DNA of 64,000 bases, taken from Raja brachyura. Taxonomy: Eukaryota. Shown piece by piece: positions 25,111-39,000 of the stretch (the stretch's first letter is position 1; each line of letters begins with the position of its first letter). The position numbers and the translations under genes are program-made. The notes beneath the pieces are model-generated. The model searched no databases and had not been told where the DNA came from. It saw nothing but the letters and a program-made list of their open reading frames with translations. The stretch is from contig OY740798.1 of the NCBI GenBank assembly GCA_963514005.1, positions 11,532,001-11,596,000 of the forward strand. The letters are read 5' to 3'.

Positions 25111-26077
25111 AATAAACTTCAGACTCTTAGTTAGATATCATTTTGTTGTTTGTTCAGGATCTTTTCCATGTGGACTTCGCTCTCCATTTTAGCTGATTAA
25201 CTGGTCCGTAGATCCTTGCAACACTTTCATGGAGGGGCTTCTTGTACTTAGAACAATTGCACTAATTACGAATAGTTTAAAATATATTTTTATTGTGCAA
25301 TAGCTACAAGAGATTTTACATAATGAGCACTGCACTGTACCCATTTGTTAACGTGTGACTGCTTCAATACAGTACAGTCCCTTTGCTGTAATAACAGAAA
25401 TGTTGATGAAAATCAAGTTAAATCCTGTGATTAAATACTCCATAAAATAATTAAATAACCAATTGAACACACTGATTAATCTTGCATCAATATTTATATA
25501 ATCTCAGTTGAAAGACATCCATATAATTATTATTTGAACGTTTTATATATATATTTATTTCCAAATCTATCTAGGTACATTTTTACATAACACATTGATT
25601 ATTATTTGTTTTTTTACGGCAAGGTTCTCAACTATTGTGGACTGATAAGCAGAGAACATTGAAACACTGGAATTTCTCTGGAGTAGCAGCTGAGAAGGCA
25701 TGCTTGGGAAATGGCAGTAGTCGCTATTTTTGGAGTTGAGGGTTGAAATTACAATGCGCCAAATATGCATAAACACCATAGTAAACTTAGTCATAGAAAA
25801 TGCACAAGAACAAAAGATACTTACAGTGAGGAAAGACATTTTGGCCACTTATTTCATCTAGCCAGATATCAGGCTGCACCGTCAGGAAATATTGATCATT
25901 AAACCGTTCAATAAAACATCTAAGGGACACTGTGCCCATTTTATGTGGCATGTAAGGATTCTTCATTACAACCTAAACATGTGATGTTGGATATCCTTAC
26001 GATTGTAATTGGACATTAAAAATGTATGTAACAAATTGCGATATCATCCCTGATCACTGTTTAACTCTCATGTTTAT

Positions 26078-26380
26078 TGAATTGAATTGAACACTTTATT
26101 GTCACATGTGACAAGTTACAGTGAAATTCTTTGCTTGCATATCCAAGGTATGCAAATAGTCACCCATAAAGGGCGCTTACAAAGTTACAAATCCCCCCCC
26201 CCCCCCCCCACCCCATCAGTTCCCCTTTTGTTCATCACCGTTACAGCAGTCCCCCCACACTGGGTCCTCTATTGTCCATTGTTCTTCCCCCTCCCTCACA
26301 ACGACCTCCCCTCACCGGGTCCCCATTGTCCATTGTTCTTCCCCCCCACTTCACAGTGTTCCCCCCACGCCGGATCCCTG
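26078..26380 (-). mobile_element. LINE 3'UTR/tail fragment
   Basis: (ttgaa)n followed by ctttattgtcacatgtgac...gtgaaattctttgcttgc, with C-rich internal repeats (tgtccattgttcttccccc twice). Confidence 0.6.
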
Positions 26381-26502
26381 TATAGCAGCAATAGTAAACG
26401 ATCGGTCTAATAAATAATTATACAATTATTTAATTATCGCTGTAAATCAAAGCACTTTGTACAATAAACTATTCTTGGAAGGACATAAAATACTCAAAAC
26501 CC

Positions 26503-26912
26503 ATCGGCCCGAAACGTTGCCTATTTCCTTCACTCCATAGATGCTGCTGGACCCGTTGAGTTTCTCCAGCACTTTTGTCTACCGTTGATTTTCCAGCATC
26601 TGCAGTTCCTTCTTAAACACAACAGTAACTCAATGGGTCAGGCATCATCCCTGGAGAACATGGATTGGTGACGTTTTGGGCCAGGTTCAGGTTTGGGTCC
26701 CGAAAGTTCACCTATCCATGTTCTCAAGGGATGCTGGGGTGACACAAAAAGCTGGAGAAACTCAGCGGGTGCAGCATCATCTAAGGAGCGAAGGAGATAG
26801 GTGACGTTTCGGGTCGAGACCCTTCTTCTCAAGGGATGCTGCCTGACTTGCTGAGTTACTTCAGCATTTTGTGTCTTTCCTTGATAAACCAGCATCTGCA
26901 GTTCCTTGTTTG
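26503..26912. mobile_element. Nested cluster of Penelope-derived mini-elements
   Basis: At least four termini in both orientations. The inner insertion 26737-26825 has a 16-bp TSD ttctcaagggatgctg (26721-26736 and 26826-26841). Confidence 0.8.
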
Positions 26913-28013
26913 TAAATTTGGGGGGAAATTTAGTGACTTGCCATGTAACTATACCAACTATTTTGAACCATTAACATTTAACATCACTCAAATAATAGTA
27001 GTCTGAATAGCAGTTACATTAAAACTGGCACCCATGGGACTTAGATGGTGGCGGGCTTTCCAACTATGGGATATCACTCCTATTCATACACCAGCGCAAT
27101 TTCATTTCAGTTTTATTACATTTTATAATAAACTTTACAGTGAGCATAGTAAGTTTTAAGGGAGTGGGAACTGAACTTGGTGATTTTAAAAGGAATTGAT
27201 AACAGAAACTAGTTACTTGTAGCTGTTCAACTTCAGTTTGTGTATTCCGGTTTGTCAAAGCCTAGACACATTACTACTTCCTCTTATATTGAATGCACCC
27301 AGTCTAGTTGACACACTGGGTTCACACTTGGGACCTTAACTGCAAAGCAGCCCACCACCCCTATTGATAAATAGAGTTTTACTGTCATTTATCATTTTGG
27401 TGGTGAGGGTTCAATGTTGATCAGGAGATCAACAGGGGCCTTTTTTCCCGATGTGAACCATTACAATGGTTGGAAACCTGCTCAATTGAACATCTAATCT
27501 ACCTTACATACGATAATTAGAATTGAAGATTATGCGAAAATTCAGAAGAGATTGGTTTTGGATATTAGTATAAAATGGATGACAGGGAAATAGTAATCCG
27601 TTTTACATCCCGTTCCTTTTGTCAATGGAAACATGAATTATGTAGTTGTAGAAATGGCTGTGAAATTGTTATTGATCATTTTGCTCTACCAGAGATGATG
27701 AACACTGATTTCTTCTTCACACTCTCCTAACCGATATCATCCCTCTCATCTCCACGCTCCCCTACCCCTCCTAACCCCATCCCCACCATTATCCATGTGT
27801 GACCAGTGCATTTCTCATATTTCGATTGGTGTTATGGCGCATCAATTTGCCTTCTTTGACCCTCCCATAAAGAATTGATTCATGATTGTGAAGTATTTCT
27901 ATAAGCCTCCATTCTAATACACAAAGTAGAGCCATACAAAATATTTGTTGATTGATCTCTATTTGAGTAATAGTTGATTATTTTTCTTTGTTTCTTTTTA
28001 TTTCTGCTTGTAG

Positions 28014-28107
28014 TTTTTAGACCAATGCACACAAAAGATCAAATTATCATCTCCAGCAAGGATGTTGTATGACTGGCAAGGATATCGAATCTCTGACCTC
28101 AGAACAG
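28014..28107 (+). CDS. dcdc1: dcdc1 coding exon (FLDQCTQKIKLSSPARMLYDWQGYRISDLRT), not in the ORF track
   Basis: Long pyrimidine tract ending ctgcttgtag| and donor G|gtatgc; 94 nt, phase 0 to 1. Second DCX-like repeat (LD.CT....L..PAR..YD..G..I.D). Confidence 0.92.
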
Positions 28108-28599
28108 GTATGCAATTGTTAGAATTCAAGGGACACTGAGAAATCCTTGTTTTGAACATTCCTGGAATATTTGCACAATATATAAAGTTTTTAGATTCCG
28201 TATGTCTAGATCATAGGTAGTAGTTGAAAGTAGTTGTTTGGGTAATGAAGCCACAAGCATAATAATCTTATATCCAATTTAGAGAAAGATTCACTTTGAC
28301 ATTGAATCAAATGGGCAGCAGATTCTCGGGATTAAATATATAATCCATTTCACGTGTAGCTCCTAAATCCATTAATTTCGCCAATAGAATTTTATTTTTT
28401 CTAATATTTGTTTCTGTGTTTGGGAATGAACACAATCCAATGATTTTCTTAAATCTGCTTTCATACTTTTGGTCCCAGTCCATGTGTTAGATATAGTCCA
28501 ATGTTTCCATTAATGTAGAAAGTACAGAAAATGGCACAGGAAAATACACAAATTACACATAAATTCTGCACATTCACCCTTTCTTTGCCAGGTTGACAA

Positions 28600-29950
28600 G
28601 CTGAAACACATCCAAGGACAGCTAACAGTAAATGCAGTAAATCTACACCAATGCTATTATGGATTCTGTTACGAACTCTATATTTTCTCCTTCTATTTGA
28701 TCTTCCAATGTGCCACACCACACTTACCCAGATTAAAAGCATCTTAAGTTTCTGGATCAGGATACCATGAGGGAACTTGTCAAATGTCTTACTGAGGTTC
28801 ATGTGGACAACATTCACAGTCTTACCCTCATTAATCACCTTCATCACCTCCTAAGAGATTTCTGTTGTTTGTAAAACATAATCTGCCTTTTTGACTTTAC
28901 CTAATGAGCTCATTCTCTTCCAAATAAGAGTAAATCCTCTCCAATAGTTTCCCGAACATTGACGTTTACCAGCCTGTAATTTCCTTTTCCCTCTTTAAAG
29001 GGACAATGGCTACTCTCCAGTCCTCCAGAACCTTACCTGTGGCTAGGCATGATATAAAAATATTTGTTGAGGGCCCTGCAATCTCCTTTTTTGCCCCTTT
29101 CAATAACATGGGATAGATCCTAGTAGGCCTTGGGGACTTGTACACCTTAATGCTCTTCAAGGGACCCAACATTACCTTCTTCCTGGTTTAAAATGGCCTA
29201 GCAAATTAGTATATCAACACTGATCTCACTGTCCTCCATGTTCTTCTTGGTGAATACTGTTGCAAAATACTCATTTAGTATCTCCCCCACATCCCCTGAC
29301 TCCAAGTATAAAATCATTCCATTATCCTTGAGTGTTTCTAGCTTCTCCCTGGTTACCCTCTTGTTTCTAATGTTTGTATAAAATGCCTTGAGATTCTCTT
29401 TAAACACCATGTCATGTCCCCTTCTGGCTCTTCTAATATCCTATTTGAGGTCTTTGTTGCTTTCTTTATTTTTATCTGGTTATCTTCCATAACCTTACAT
29501 TTGTTTCCTTTTTCATTTTGACCAAATCCACTAATTATCCAGGATTCCCATACTTTGCCATCCTTGTTCCTCCTTACTGAAACATGCCAGAATTGAACTT
29601 TGATCAGCTGGTCTTGAAGTAATTCCCACATGTCAGATGTGAATCTACCCAAAAGCAGCTGCTCGCCTCGGCTCCTGCCTAATTATTTTGTAATCTGCCT
29701 AACTCCAATTTAGCATTTTCTCCCAAAGGTCCAGATTTGTCCTTATTCATAACTATCTTAAAACATAAGGAGCTGTCATCACTGTTCCTGAAATGCTCTC
29801 CCATTGAAATGTCAGTCACTTGGTCTGGGTCATTCCACATACAAGGTCCAGTATGGTACCTTCTCTAGTTGTATATCAATGTACTGTTTAAGAAAGCCTC
29901 TAAGATATATCTAACACATTCTGCCCCATTCAAGCTTCTCACACTCAGGA
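28600..29950 (-). mobile_element. Decayed CR1 LINE ORF2 fragment
   Basis: Broken ORFs read KENLKAFYTNIRNKR...LNEYFATVFTK; IKVYKSP.P..IYP.LLK...EIAGP...TGKVLEDWRVA; EGKTVNVVHM.LSKTFDK.PH..L..KL. Confidence 0.88.
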
Positions 29951-31049
29951 ATTTTGTGTTTATTGTCATATGCACATATGGTGAGGTGTAGGCACAAGGG
30001 AAAAATCTTGCTTGCTGCAGCACCACAGGCGCATGGACTCAGACAGCACACAAAAATATAAATTATACATAAATTATACACAAATTACACATACATTCTG
30101 CACGTTCACTCTTTCTTTGAAACTATTGAGTGTAAATCTTTTTATCAGCTGTTTTCTAACACAATGCTTTTTTATAAAATATTGGGTTTCTGATTACGCA
30201 ACTCAACATAGAAATTATCAGTTTTATTTTGAGATCGACTCTTCAAAATGTTTCACTAACAGCTGCATGGGGCATGGTTATATCTTGCCGATTGTATTGG
30301 ACTGGATCCAGTAGCATACAATCGTTGAAGATCCTCTGGGAGCGAACCTAGGCACTGCTGTGTTCACCCACCTTAAGCAGACAGCCAATGTCTGATAGTT
30401 GAAATGCAAAGCATCGAAACATCGAAGTCCATTTTGATCTGGAACTTAAGTAGGCAGAGACAAGCTTCCAAATGGCTTAGTTTAGTTTTTTAGTTTAATT
30501 TAGAGATACAATGTGGAAAGGGGCCCTTCGGCCCACTGAATCTGCGTCGATCAACAATCACCCATACACTAGTCTGAACTACATGTAGAAGTGTCTGAAG
30601 CATAGAAACCAGGCATCAGTTAGAAGTGGCAATAGTTATTTTTCCACTTTTTCTGAATCATACTGACTGGAATGAGGCAGATATCAACGATCAAACGGAA
30701 GTTGCATGTAAGTGATGACTCAGCCAAATAGATGCAACTGGCCCTTCAGCGTCAGTTTAACAGAAATCATATACATTCCGTCTGAACAGTTTGAGGTTCC
30801 CTGACACGGTAAATGATTATATCATTCAATGTGAAGTGGAGCTTTTACAAACAATCCACCACATCTGATGTTGTGCTTTAATTTGACAATCAAATCTGAC
30901 TTCAGACATCACTCAGTGTGATGTAATCTGTGTGTGGCAATTGCACGACTTTGCCATGTGGTAGCCTCGATGAGGACATCTATGGTCTAGCAAACAGCAG
31001 ATAATATACAGATATGTATAAATAATGCAAAGTATATTTCACAATAAAG

Positions 31050-31225
31050 AAGGTAGACAAAATTGCTGGAGAAACTCAGCGGGTGAGGCAGAATCTATGG
31101 AGCAAAGGAATTAGTGACGTTTAAGGGTCGAGACCCTTCTTCAGACGGATGTGGGGGGGCGGGATGAAGAAAGGAGGAGGCGGAGACAGTAGGCTGTGGG
31201 AGTGCTGAGAAGGGTAGAGGAAGGA
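31050..31225 (-). mobile_element. Penelope-like 3' terminus abutting the Rex1-like LINE
   Basis: gtagacaaaattgctggagaaactcagcgggtgaggc...gtcgagacccttcttcagac, followed by a purine-rich segment. Confidence 0.75.
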
Positions 31226-32032
31226 GGGAGAAATCGAGCGACTGTCCATATGGTGCCAGCACAACAACCTGGCCCTCAACACCAGCAAAACCAAGGAACT
31301 GATTGTGGACTTTGGAAGGAGTAGGATGGGGACCCACAGTCCTGTTTATATCAACGGGTCGATGGTTGAAAGGGTCAAGAGCTTCAAATTCCTGCGCGTG
31401 CACATCTGTGAAGATCTTTCCTGGTCCGAGAACACAGATGCAATTATTAAGAAAGTTCATCAGCGCCTCCACTTCCTGAGAAGATTACGGAGAGTTGGTC
31501 TGTCAAGGAGGACTCTCTCTAACTTCTACAGGTGCACAGTAGGGAACTTGATGACCGGTTGCATTGTGGCTTGGTTCGGCAACTTGAGCGCCCTGGAGAG
31601 GAAAAGACCACAAAAAGTAGTAAACACTGCCCAGTCCATCATCGGCTCTGACCTCCCTTCCATCGAGGGGATCTACCTCAAAAAGGCTGGCAGCATCATC
31701 AAGGACCCACACCACCCTGGCCACACACTCATCTCCCTGCTACCTTTGGGTAGAAGGTACAGGAGCCTGAGGTCTGCAACAACCCGGCTTAGGAATAGCT
31801 ACATCCCCACAGCCATCAGGCTATTAAACGTGGCTCGGACAAGTTCAACTCTGAACATTAATACCCCTCCATCTGTTATTTGCACTTTATCAATTTATTC
31901 ATTCATGTGTGTATTTACGTATATAATTGTAGTCAATGCCTTCTATGTTCTGTTGTGCTATGCAAAGAAAGAATTTCATTGTCCTGTCAGGGACACATGA
32001 CAATAAACTATTTTGACTTTGACTTTGACTTC
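31225..32032 (+). mobile_element. Rex1/Babar-like LINE 3' fragment (RT C-terminus and 3'UTR)
   Basis: EIERLSIWCQHNNLALNTSKTKELIVDF...VERVKSFKFL.VHI.EDLSW...QRLHFLRRLRR...HHPGH.L.SLLP.GRRYRS...AIRLLN. Ends caataaac followed by (ttgact)n. Confidence 0.85.
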
Positions 32033-33029
32033 TTGTAAGAACTGTTATTCCATTATAAACCAATGACACAAGGGACAAAAATTGATAAACATTGGACTAA
32101 TTTTCAACGTGTAAAATGGTGACAAAGTGTACCAAAGTGCAACCAGTTTAACGCTAGGTAGGATCGTGTGCGGGTTGGTCCCACTCATAAATTTGTGAAC
32201 TCTTTCTGTACGTTCAGGGCCGATGATCTCTTTCTGTACGTTCCTGCTAAAGGAATTCTGATATATTGTGTAACATTGACTAGGATAGAACAATTCAAGC
32301 AAAGGTACTTTGTCTGCTAATCAAAACTAACCCCCTTTTTTTAGACAGAGGAGCAATGATTACAAACTCCTCCATTGCTTGGTTTAATATTCTCCCAAGA
32401 CTAAGTTGAAGTGCGGCAATTGACCCCAGCTGTTGTGTGAAGAGCCTTTGAAGATGCAACCTTCATGGCCATCTTGCACCAATCATTCACGTAAAGCACA
32501 AGAACATTGGTCATCTGGACGTTTCTTTGTATTTGTACAATACAACCTGTATAAAGAAGGTTTAAATTGACTTGTCTCGTATCCCCAAAAAGCCGAAAGG
32601 CATGCGCATTCCTCAGTGTTTTGTGTAAAGTCGTTTCTGAAGCGTTAGTGAAAGCAAATAAAAATTGAAATGCCTAAACTTTCAAACAGATCAAGTTCTG
32701 ACAATGCCTTACACCTTAATATAATCAAGAAATAAACAATACCAAAGGTATCATATACAATCTGGTGGAGGAACTCAGAGGGTCGAGCAGCATCTGTGGG
32801 TAGAAAGAATGGTTAGCATTCTGGGTCAAAACACTACATCAGTTCTGAGAGTTGAGAGGGAAGACGGCGAGGATAAAGTAAAGAGAGGAAATGATAAGAC
32901 AGAAGCAAGAGGCGTTAGGTGGACCAGGTTAAATGTGGTCCTCATTTCTTAAACAAGAGTTGGTGTGGGCAAGTTGGGCTGAAGGGCCTGTTTCCACACC
33001 GTATAACTCTATGATTCTATAACTTCCAC

Positions 33030-36000
33030 TTTCCTCACTCCATCAGTAATTCAAATACTTACATCAGTCTTCCCTCACCATTGATAACATTCAGAATATG
33101 AAGTGCCCATTTAAATTATTTAGCCACTATTCTTATATCATTAGTATGTCGCTGAAAAATATAACACCTATGTATTGTTAGCTCTTTTTGCACAGGAGCA
33201 GATTAATTAGCATTTTCTTATTACATTTTGACACACTGGGTACAATGACCTTATAATTTAGGTCAGTTAAGACTCTAAATTGTTGTGCTATATGCCAACG
33301 GTAGTTAAGAGATGAGGAATCCGGGTGGTGGAATAAGTAAGAGAGATAAAGAATATTGTGAAAACCCCAGCACTTACTATCCCTGAACCCATTCAGAACC
33401 AGCAAGCGTATGATGAGTGTAGTGGTTTTGAATATCGGCCTTAGATCCCATGCTGTTTTGAGGCAGGCCTGGAACATGGCATCTCTCTTTTACAGACATA
33501 CAGCCTCATCACTCTCAATTTAACCCTACATCTGATGAACCCATTACTCCAAACTTGATTTCATGGAACAAGGAGTGGATATAGTTACAAATGATCAATG
33601 ACAATCCTTGAACTGAAGCAGCAAGGCATGAACGATTTACACATTTTGCTTCACTTGCTCAAGCAAAAGATCTGCCAGCATACAGTATTTAATGCATAAC
33701 TGCTTCAACAATTTAAGAAGGGGAAAAAATGCACGACTCATGCTACGTTCCCTAAAGTAGTGAAGAATTACTTGATTGCGTGCCTACTGCCCATTTATTA
33801 GCAGACTGCAAACCCGCTGATTCGCAAAAAGCTAAAGAACCCAGGTGCTGAACAGAGACTGCTGCGAGAGATGTTTGAAATTTCTTTATGGTTGTACAAA
33901 TTTATTACCTTAAGTACTGTTTTTTTTTGTTATTTTCTCATGGATAAAGCCATGTTCCATTAGGTGCATAAAGCAACAAAAATAAAATCAGCATTGTGCT
34001 CCACAACTGTAATGCTTTAAACGCTGCAGGCTGAGCCTGTCAATTTAATGGGATCACTGAAAACCAAAGCAGCTGTAAAAAATTGCTTTAAGTACAGCAA
34101 TCGTGCCCTTGTCATTCCATTCAGTGGTTAATAAAAAAATACAAATTCAGATAGGCATCAATATTTAAGAAAAATGATTGCTTAACCATTTCTCGTCAGC
34201 ACCTGAGGGAGAATAAATGTGACGGCAAACATATAAACAAAAAGTCACAGCAGCTGTTGGCTTAATTTTGGCTGAGAAAGAGTGATCAGGATGACATATA
34301 TCAGCATTCAGACAGTTATCTGAAAGCTTGTTGTGGTAAACCAGGGCTGCCGCATCAATCCCAAAACACCCAAAAAGAGAATAAAAAGTAGAAAAGTAAT
34401 TGTACATTGTGTTATCAAAGTATTGTGAATTAAAGCGGGCTGACATAATCTGGATATTTTATGAGTTTTGAATTGCAAGATCAGTGGCTATTAATTAAAC
34501 ATTAAACTGTAATTTATGTGCTTAATATAAATAGTTTCATATTGGTGATTTAAAAATGAATTATCGTCAGTTTTACCGTTTAAGTGCAACTTCATCATGA
34601 GTTTTTAAATATTCACGTAGATTGAATGAAAATAGCTGTGGAAGTTAATTTCTGAAGATTCACAGTATAATTCAATGCATTTGTAATTCAGTTGCACTTT
34701 ATAAAGGTCAGTAGGATATGTCTAGCATTTTGCTGGAAATCATCTATGACCATTGTAATTGCACACATCTGCTCCTCCAGGCTGGAAATCCGTTTGTTTT
34801 TTTAAAACAGGCCTAATGCAAGTCTCAGAACAATATAAGTTTTGTTTCAGCAAGGTTTGCTTCAACCCAACTGTGATAAATGAGAAGATAAGGCAATCAG
34901 TGCACACCATGACACCGTGTGCAGTTAGTTAGGCGCAGTTCAAATCTATTCAGGTGTACTTGAAAAGCTTCATGACTCTACAGTTGGGGGCTCAGCACAC
35001 ATGTATAAATATCTATACCCTTGATGGTGACCACTAGTAATCCAGGATTTGCTCTTGTCAGTGCTTCTTCAGGACATATATAAATAGTGGGCATGGAGAA
35101 TTAGGTCCAGTGCCGTTTGTATAGACTTTGATTTATGGTTCAAGCTGGTGCATCAGAGTGGATGTAAAATCCTTGATTTCGTTTTAATGCTGCTTTTTTC
35201 TACAGTTCCATTGCTCGACAAATGCCTGCAGAATTCCTTCACACCTCTGCGTGGACCTGTCTGGGTCTCCAAAGGGGAAGGGTTCATTCCGTCAGGAGCT
35301 AAGGCATACATCCAGGGAATCATATGGGCTATAAATCAAAAGCTGAAGCCTGCATGGAATTACAGTAAGCAGGTGAGATGCAACACTTTTAAAGAGGCTA
35401 CTTTTCAGTTGTGTCTATTATAGACAGTGATTGGCACTTATGTCATTAAATAAATGTGACATGTATTACATGTGTTCCAGTACCCAGTGGAGGCCAGAAT
35501 ACTTTCACTGTGATCTCTGAGCCAACAATAATGATGCTAATTGTATCTGTCTTTCAGTGTAAGATGTCATGTGCCTAATCTTTCTGTGACACACTGTGAA
35601 ATGTTACAGCAATTCACACACTTGGGAATGCTGTGAATGCAAATATGTCATTCACGAAAAATGACAGACCACCCTCTTCCTTTCCTTCTCAGCTACTTTT
35701 TAATCTACAGGATGTATACAGGTCTTTTAAAGTACCATTTCAAAATCTCTATACCATGTTTCAAACAGTGAAATAATTCACTGAATAATATGATGAGCAA
35801 AACCTGTTAAAAGTGAGTAGCTAGTGAAGCGGAATAAACAGTTAACATTTGCGGTTTACATTGAAATTGTATGAGGAGCAATATCCTGAATCCTAAAATC
35901 AAATTAGTACTTTTTAAATTGTTTTGGTAGTTTAAACAATAAATTGGTGAAGAATTGGTTTAGTTGAAGGAGTGGTAATTCTAAGTGCAAATTGATATAA

Positions 36001-39000
36001 GAAGAACGGCTACTTTGATTTTATCATGAAGCTGTCTCAGCTAAATTACTGAGTAATCAAATCCATCCTGTGTCTGTTTAATATATTCAATGCCTACAAA
36101 TCACTTATAAGCCTAGACGAATTTCTTCATCCCCCAACCTTGCTTTATTTCCTAAAAATTCAGTTTAATAGCTGAGAAAACTTTTAACACTTTCAGTCAT
36201 TCTGGGTACTGGCATCTAATTAGCATTCCCATTACATGGTTGTTTTGGTGGCAGAGATGCTGCAGCTGGAATGCTATTGTGCTCTATTCCTCTGTTTGGG
36301 GACAAACACTGCTGGGGAAGGAACGTGTGAAAAAGCCACACCATAGTGACTGAAAGAGGGAGGCAGTGTTTTCTGTAGGCTTCAAGCTGGGTAGCTGTCA
36401 TTCATGGCCTCCGTACAGCTAAACAGATCAAAAAAGAGAAGACAGAACCACCTTTCAATTTAAAGTCTATTCCTGCTTTACTTCTATTTAATTTAGGCAT
36501 TTTATTTTGCCTATATTTTCTTAAAATCAATCACATAAATGTTCCATCATGGTGGAATGTACATTTTTGCCTCTTGAATAAGGTGATCATATGCATTTTG
36601 AATTAATAAAAGTATTCTGTGAAATGTACAACTGTTACTGATCATTGAATAGACATGTCATTCAACAGTGATACTGGGAAAGATCCCCTTGAGTGCTATA
36701 GTATGCCAGTTTCTCTGCAGGAGTATAACTCAACAGGTTCTGTACATTCACAGTCCATTCAATTGCTTGTAGAGCTTAATATGTCATATTGGACTACACT
36801 GTAAAGTTTATTTTCTTTATAAAATGCAGTGAAAAGTGTGCTTATATATTTACTTCTGTATTTCTAACAAAATCTCAGAATGTGATTTTTTTAAAATGCA
36901 TGACAACATCATGTCTCGGTTTTATTTCTAAACTTGCCCTTCCTCCTTCAATTTACTTGGTCCGTACAATGCCCAATAATTGTTGATCATCTGTTTGAGG
37001 TTTTCTTTTTTGTAGTATCAAATTGTCTGCAACTCACACTCTGTGATAGACATTTTGTGTCTATGCGTTATGCACGTTTATTCCTCATATTGATTTTTAC
37101 CTCAAAACAATGATTTTTTTTGCAGCACTTAAGAGTACAATAGAACTAACTATGCAAAATAAAAGAGAAATAGGAGATGTACTGGAGAATTTGTGTGCCA
37201 ATTATTATGAGGTATCCAAGACAAAGGTTTCCTTGTAATTAAAATTGGGAAGATTCTGATTATTTCTTGAAGACCAGGGTAATTACACAAGGAGAGTATT
37301 CTGAATTATATTAAATTATTCCCTTACTGCTATCTTCTGAAATGATTTTTATTTTTGAATAATGATGCACTTCTAACACCAACCATAAAATGAGACATAA
37401 TTGATATTTATTGAGATGGATCTCATTGAAGTGACAAAATATGGTTTAGTTTATTTGCAGTAAAATTGTAGATTTTACATATTAGGATTATAGCCATATG
37501 TAAAATGAACATTAAAAATATTATAACTTGGCTGATTAAAAATTACTTAAGAAAAAGTCGAGAATATTGTTTGCATCTGGATGGTGAACTTTCTAACTTA
37601 TCTATGTAAAATGCATTCATGCCATGAAATCATTTGAAATATTTATTTATTAAAAAAAATAATTATTTGAACGAGCCATATAATTTTAAAATATAAATTC
37701 ATGTTATAATTATATATTAATTAATAAAAAATAGATTTTGTATGTTTTTATAAGTTTTTGAATATTATTAATTTCTTTCAATATATAGTACAATTTATAA
37801 ATGTTCCTGACATATATTAGATTATTAATTTTTGCAAATTTATATTCAACATTAAATTTTGTCACCAACTTTCACTATAAAAATATACAACCTGGACTTT
37901 CAACATTGGAAGTCTTATTTGGGGGAAACTTGTCAATTTTTACTTTTTGTCTTTATTGTAGGCAAACTGTTTAACTCTAACAACATGAATTTAAATAAGT
38001 ATTAAGTTTAATTTGTACATTATGCTCTACATTCTTAGGAAGAATTTGAAAAGTATTTACTTTTCTCTCTTACGATGCATTGTCAGTCTTACTGCAGCAA
38101 ACATGTAGCATAATTAAAAGAAAATATAATTGTCTGGTGTTAAGATGTCTTGGAGCTTAGCCTTCACGGGCCATAGAACTGCTGCCTATAATAGGGACTG
38201 TTAATGGAACAATCTTTGTTAGACTTGTAAAAGCAGTTTGTGACTTTAACTACAGTATTTGAGGGTGGTTGTTAGGAAGGTGGAAATTAAAATGTATTGA
38301 TGCTAATTATTTATTTTTGCATATCGAGCTATCAAAGCCATTTATCATTCTGTTCTCATTTACTATTTTGAAGTGATGCAACACCGCCTGACTTCAATGT
38401 CACGTTAAATTCTGATTAAAAATGCTGGAATGCTACATTGTACTGCAGCGTGACCCCTCCTCTCCCCGCCCTGCCAGTACTCCTCCCCCACCTCACCCAT
38501 CCCTGCTGTCTGGATACACATTTTATGCCCTTGAACATATTCAGTGAAGTTTCACAATTATAATGATTTTGAGCAATGCCCTGGGATATCTTTACAATTC
38601 TACAGCTGCAGAGGTAGTGATAAAATCTATGTTTCTAATCACTTCTGTGCAAGGAACAAGGACAAAGTGAAATTACTCTCTGACTCAACAACTGCGATTT
38701 CCAAGGAAGACTGGTACATATGACATTGTCCACTGACTAAACTTTGCTTGGCTGCACCTAGTGAAAATCTGCCAAAAATCCTACATGATAAAATGCTTTT
38801 TAGAATGAGGAACCACAGGAATTATTAAGTTCCAAGTCAACTAGCCTGACTCTGATATTATAGGAAGAGGAGAATTTGGAAAGAACATTTAATAGTTCAT
38901 CAAAAGAATAATATCAATGAAGAAAATGTTATATCATTTTTATGTGCAGTACTATTTACGACACCCGTTCAGAAATTTAAACCTGAAGGACTCTATCATA

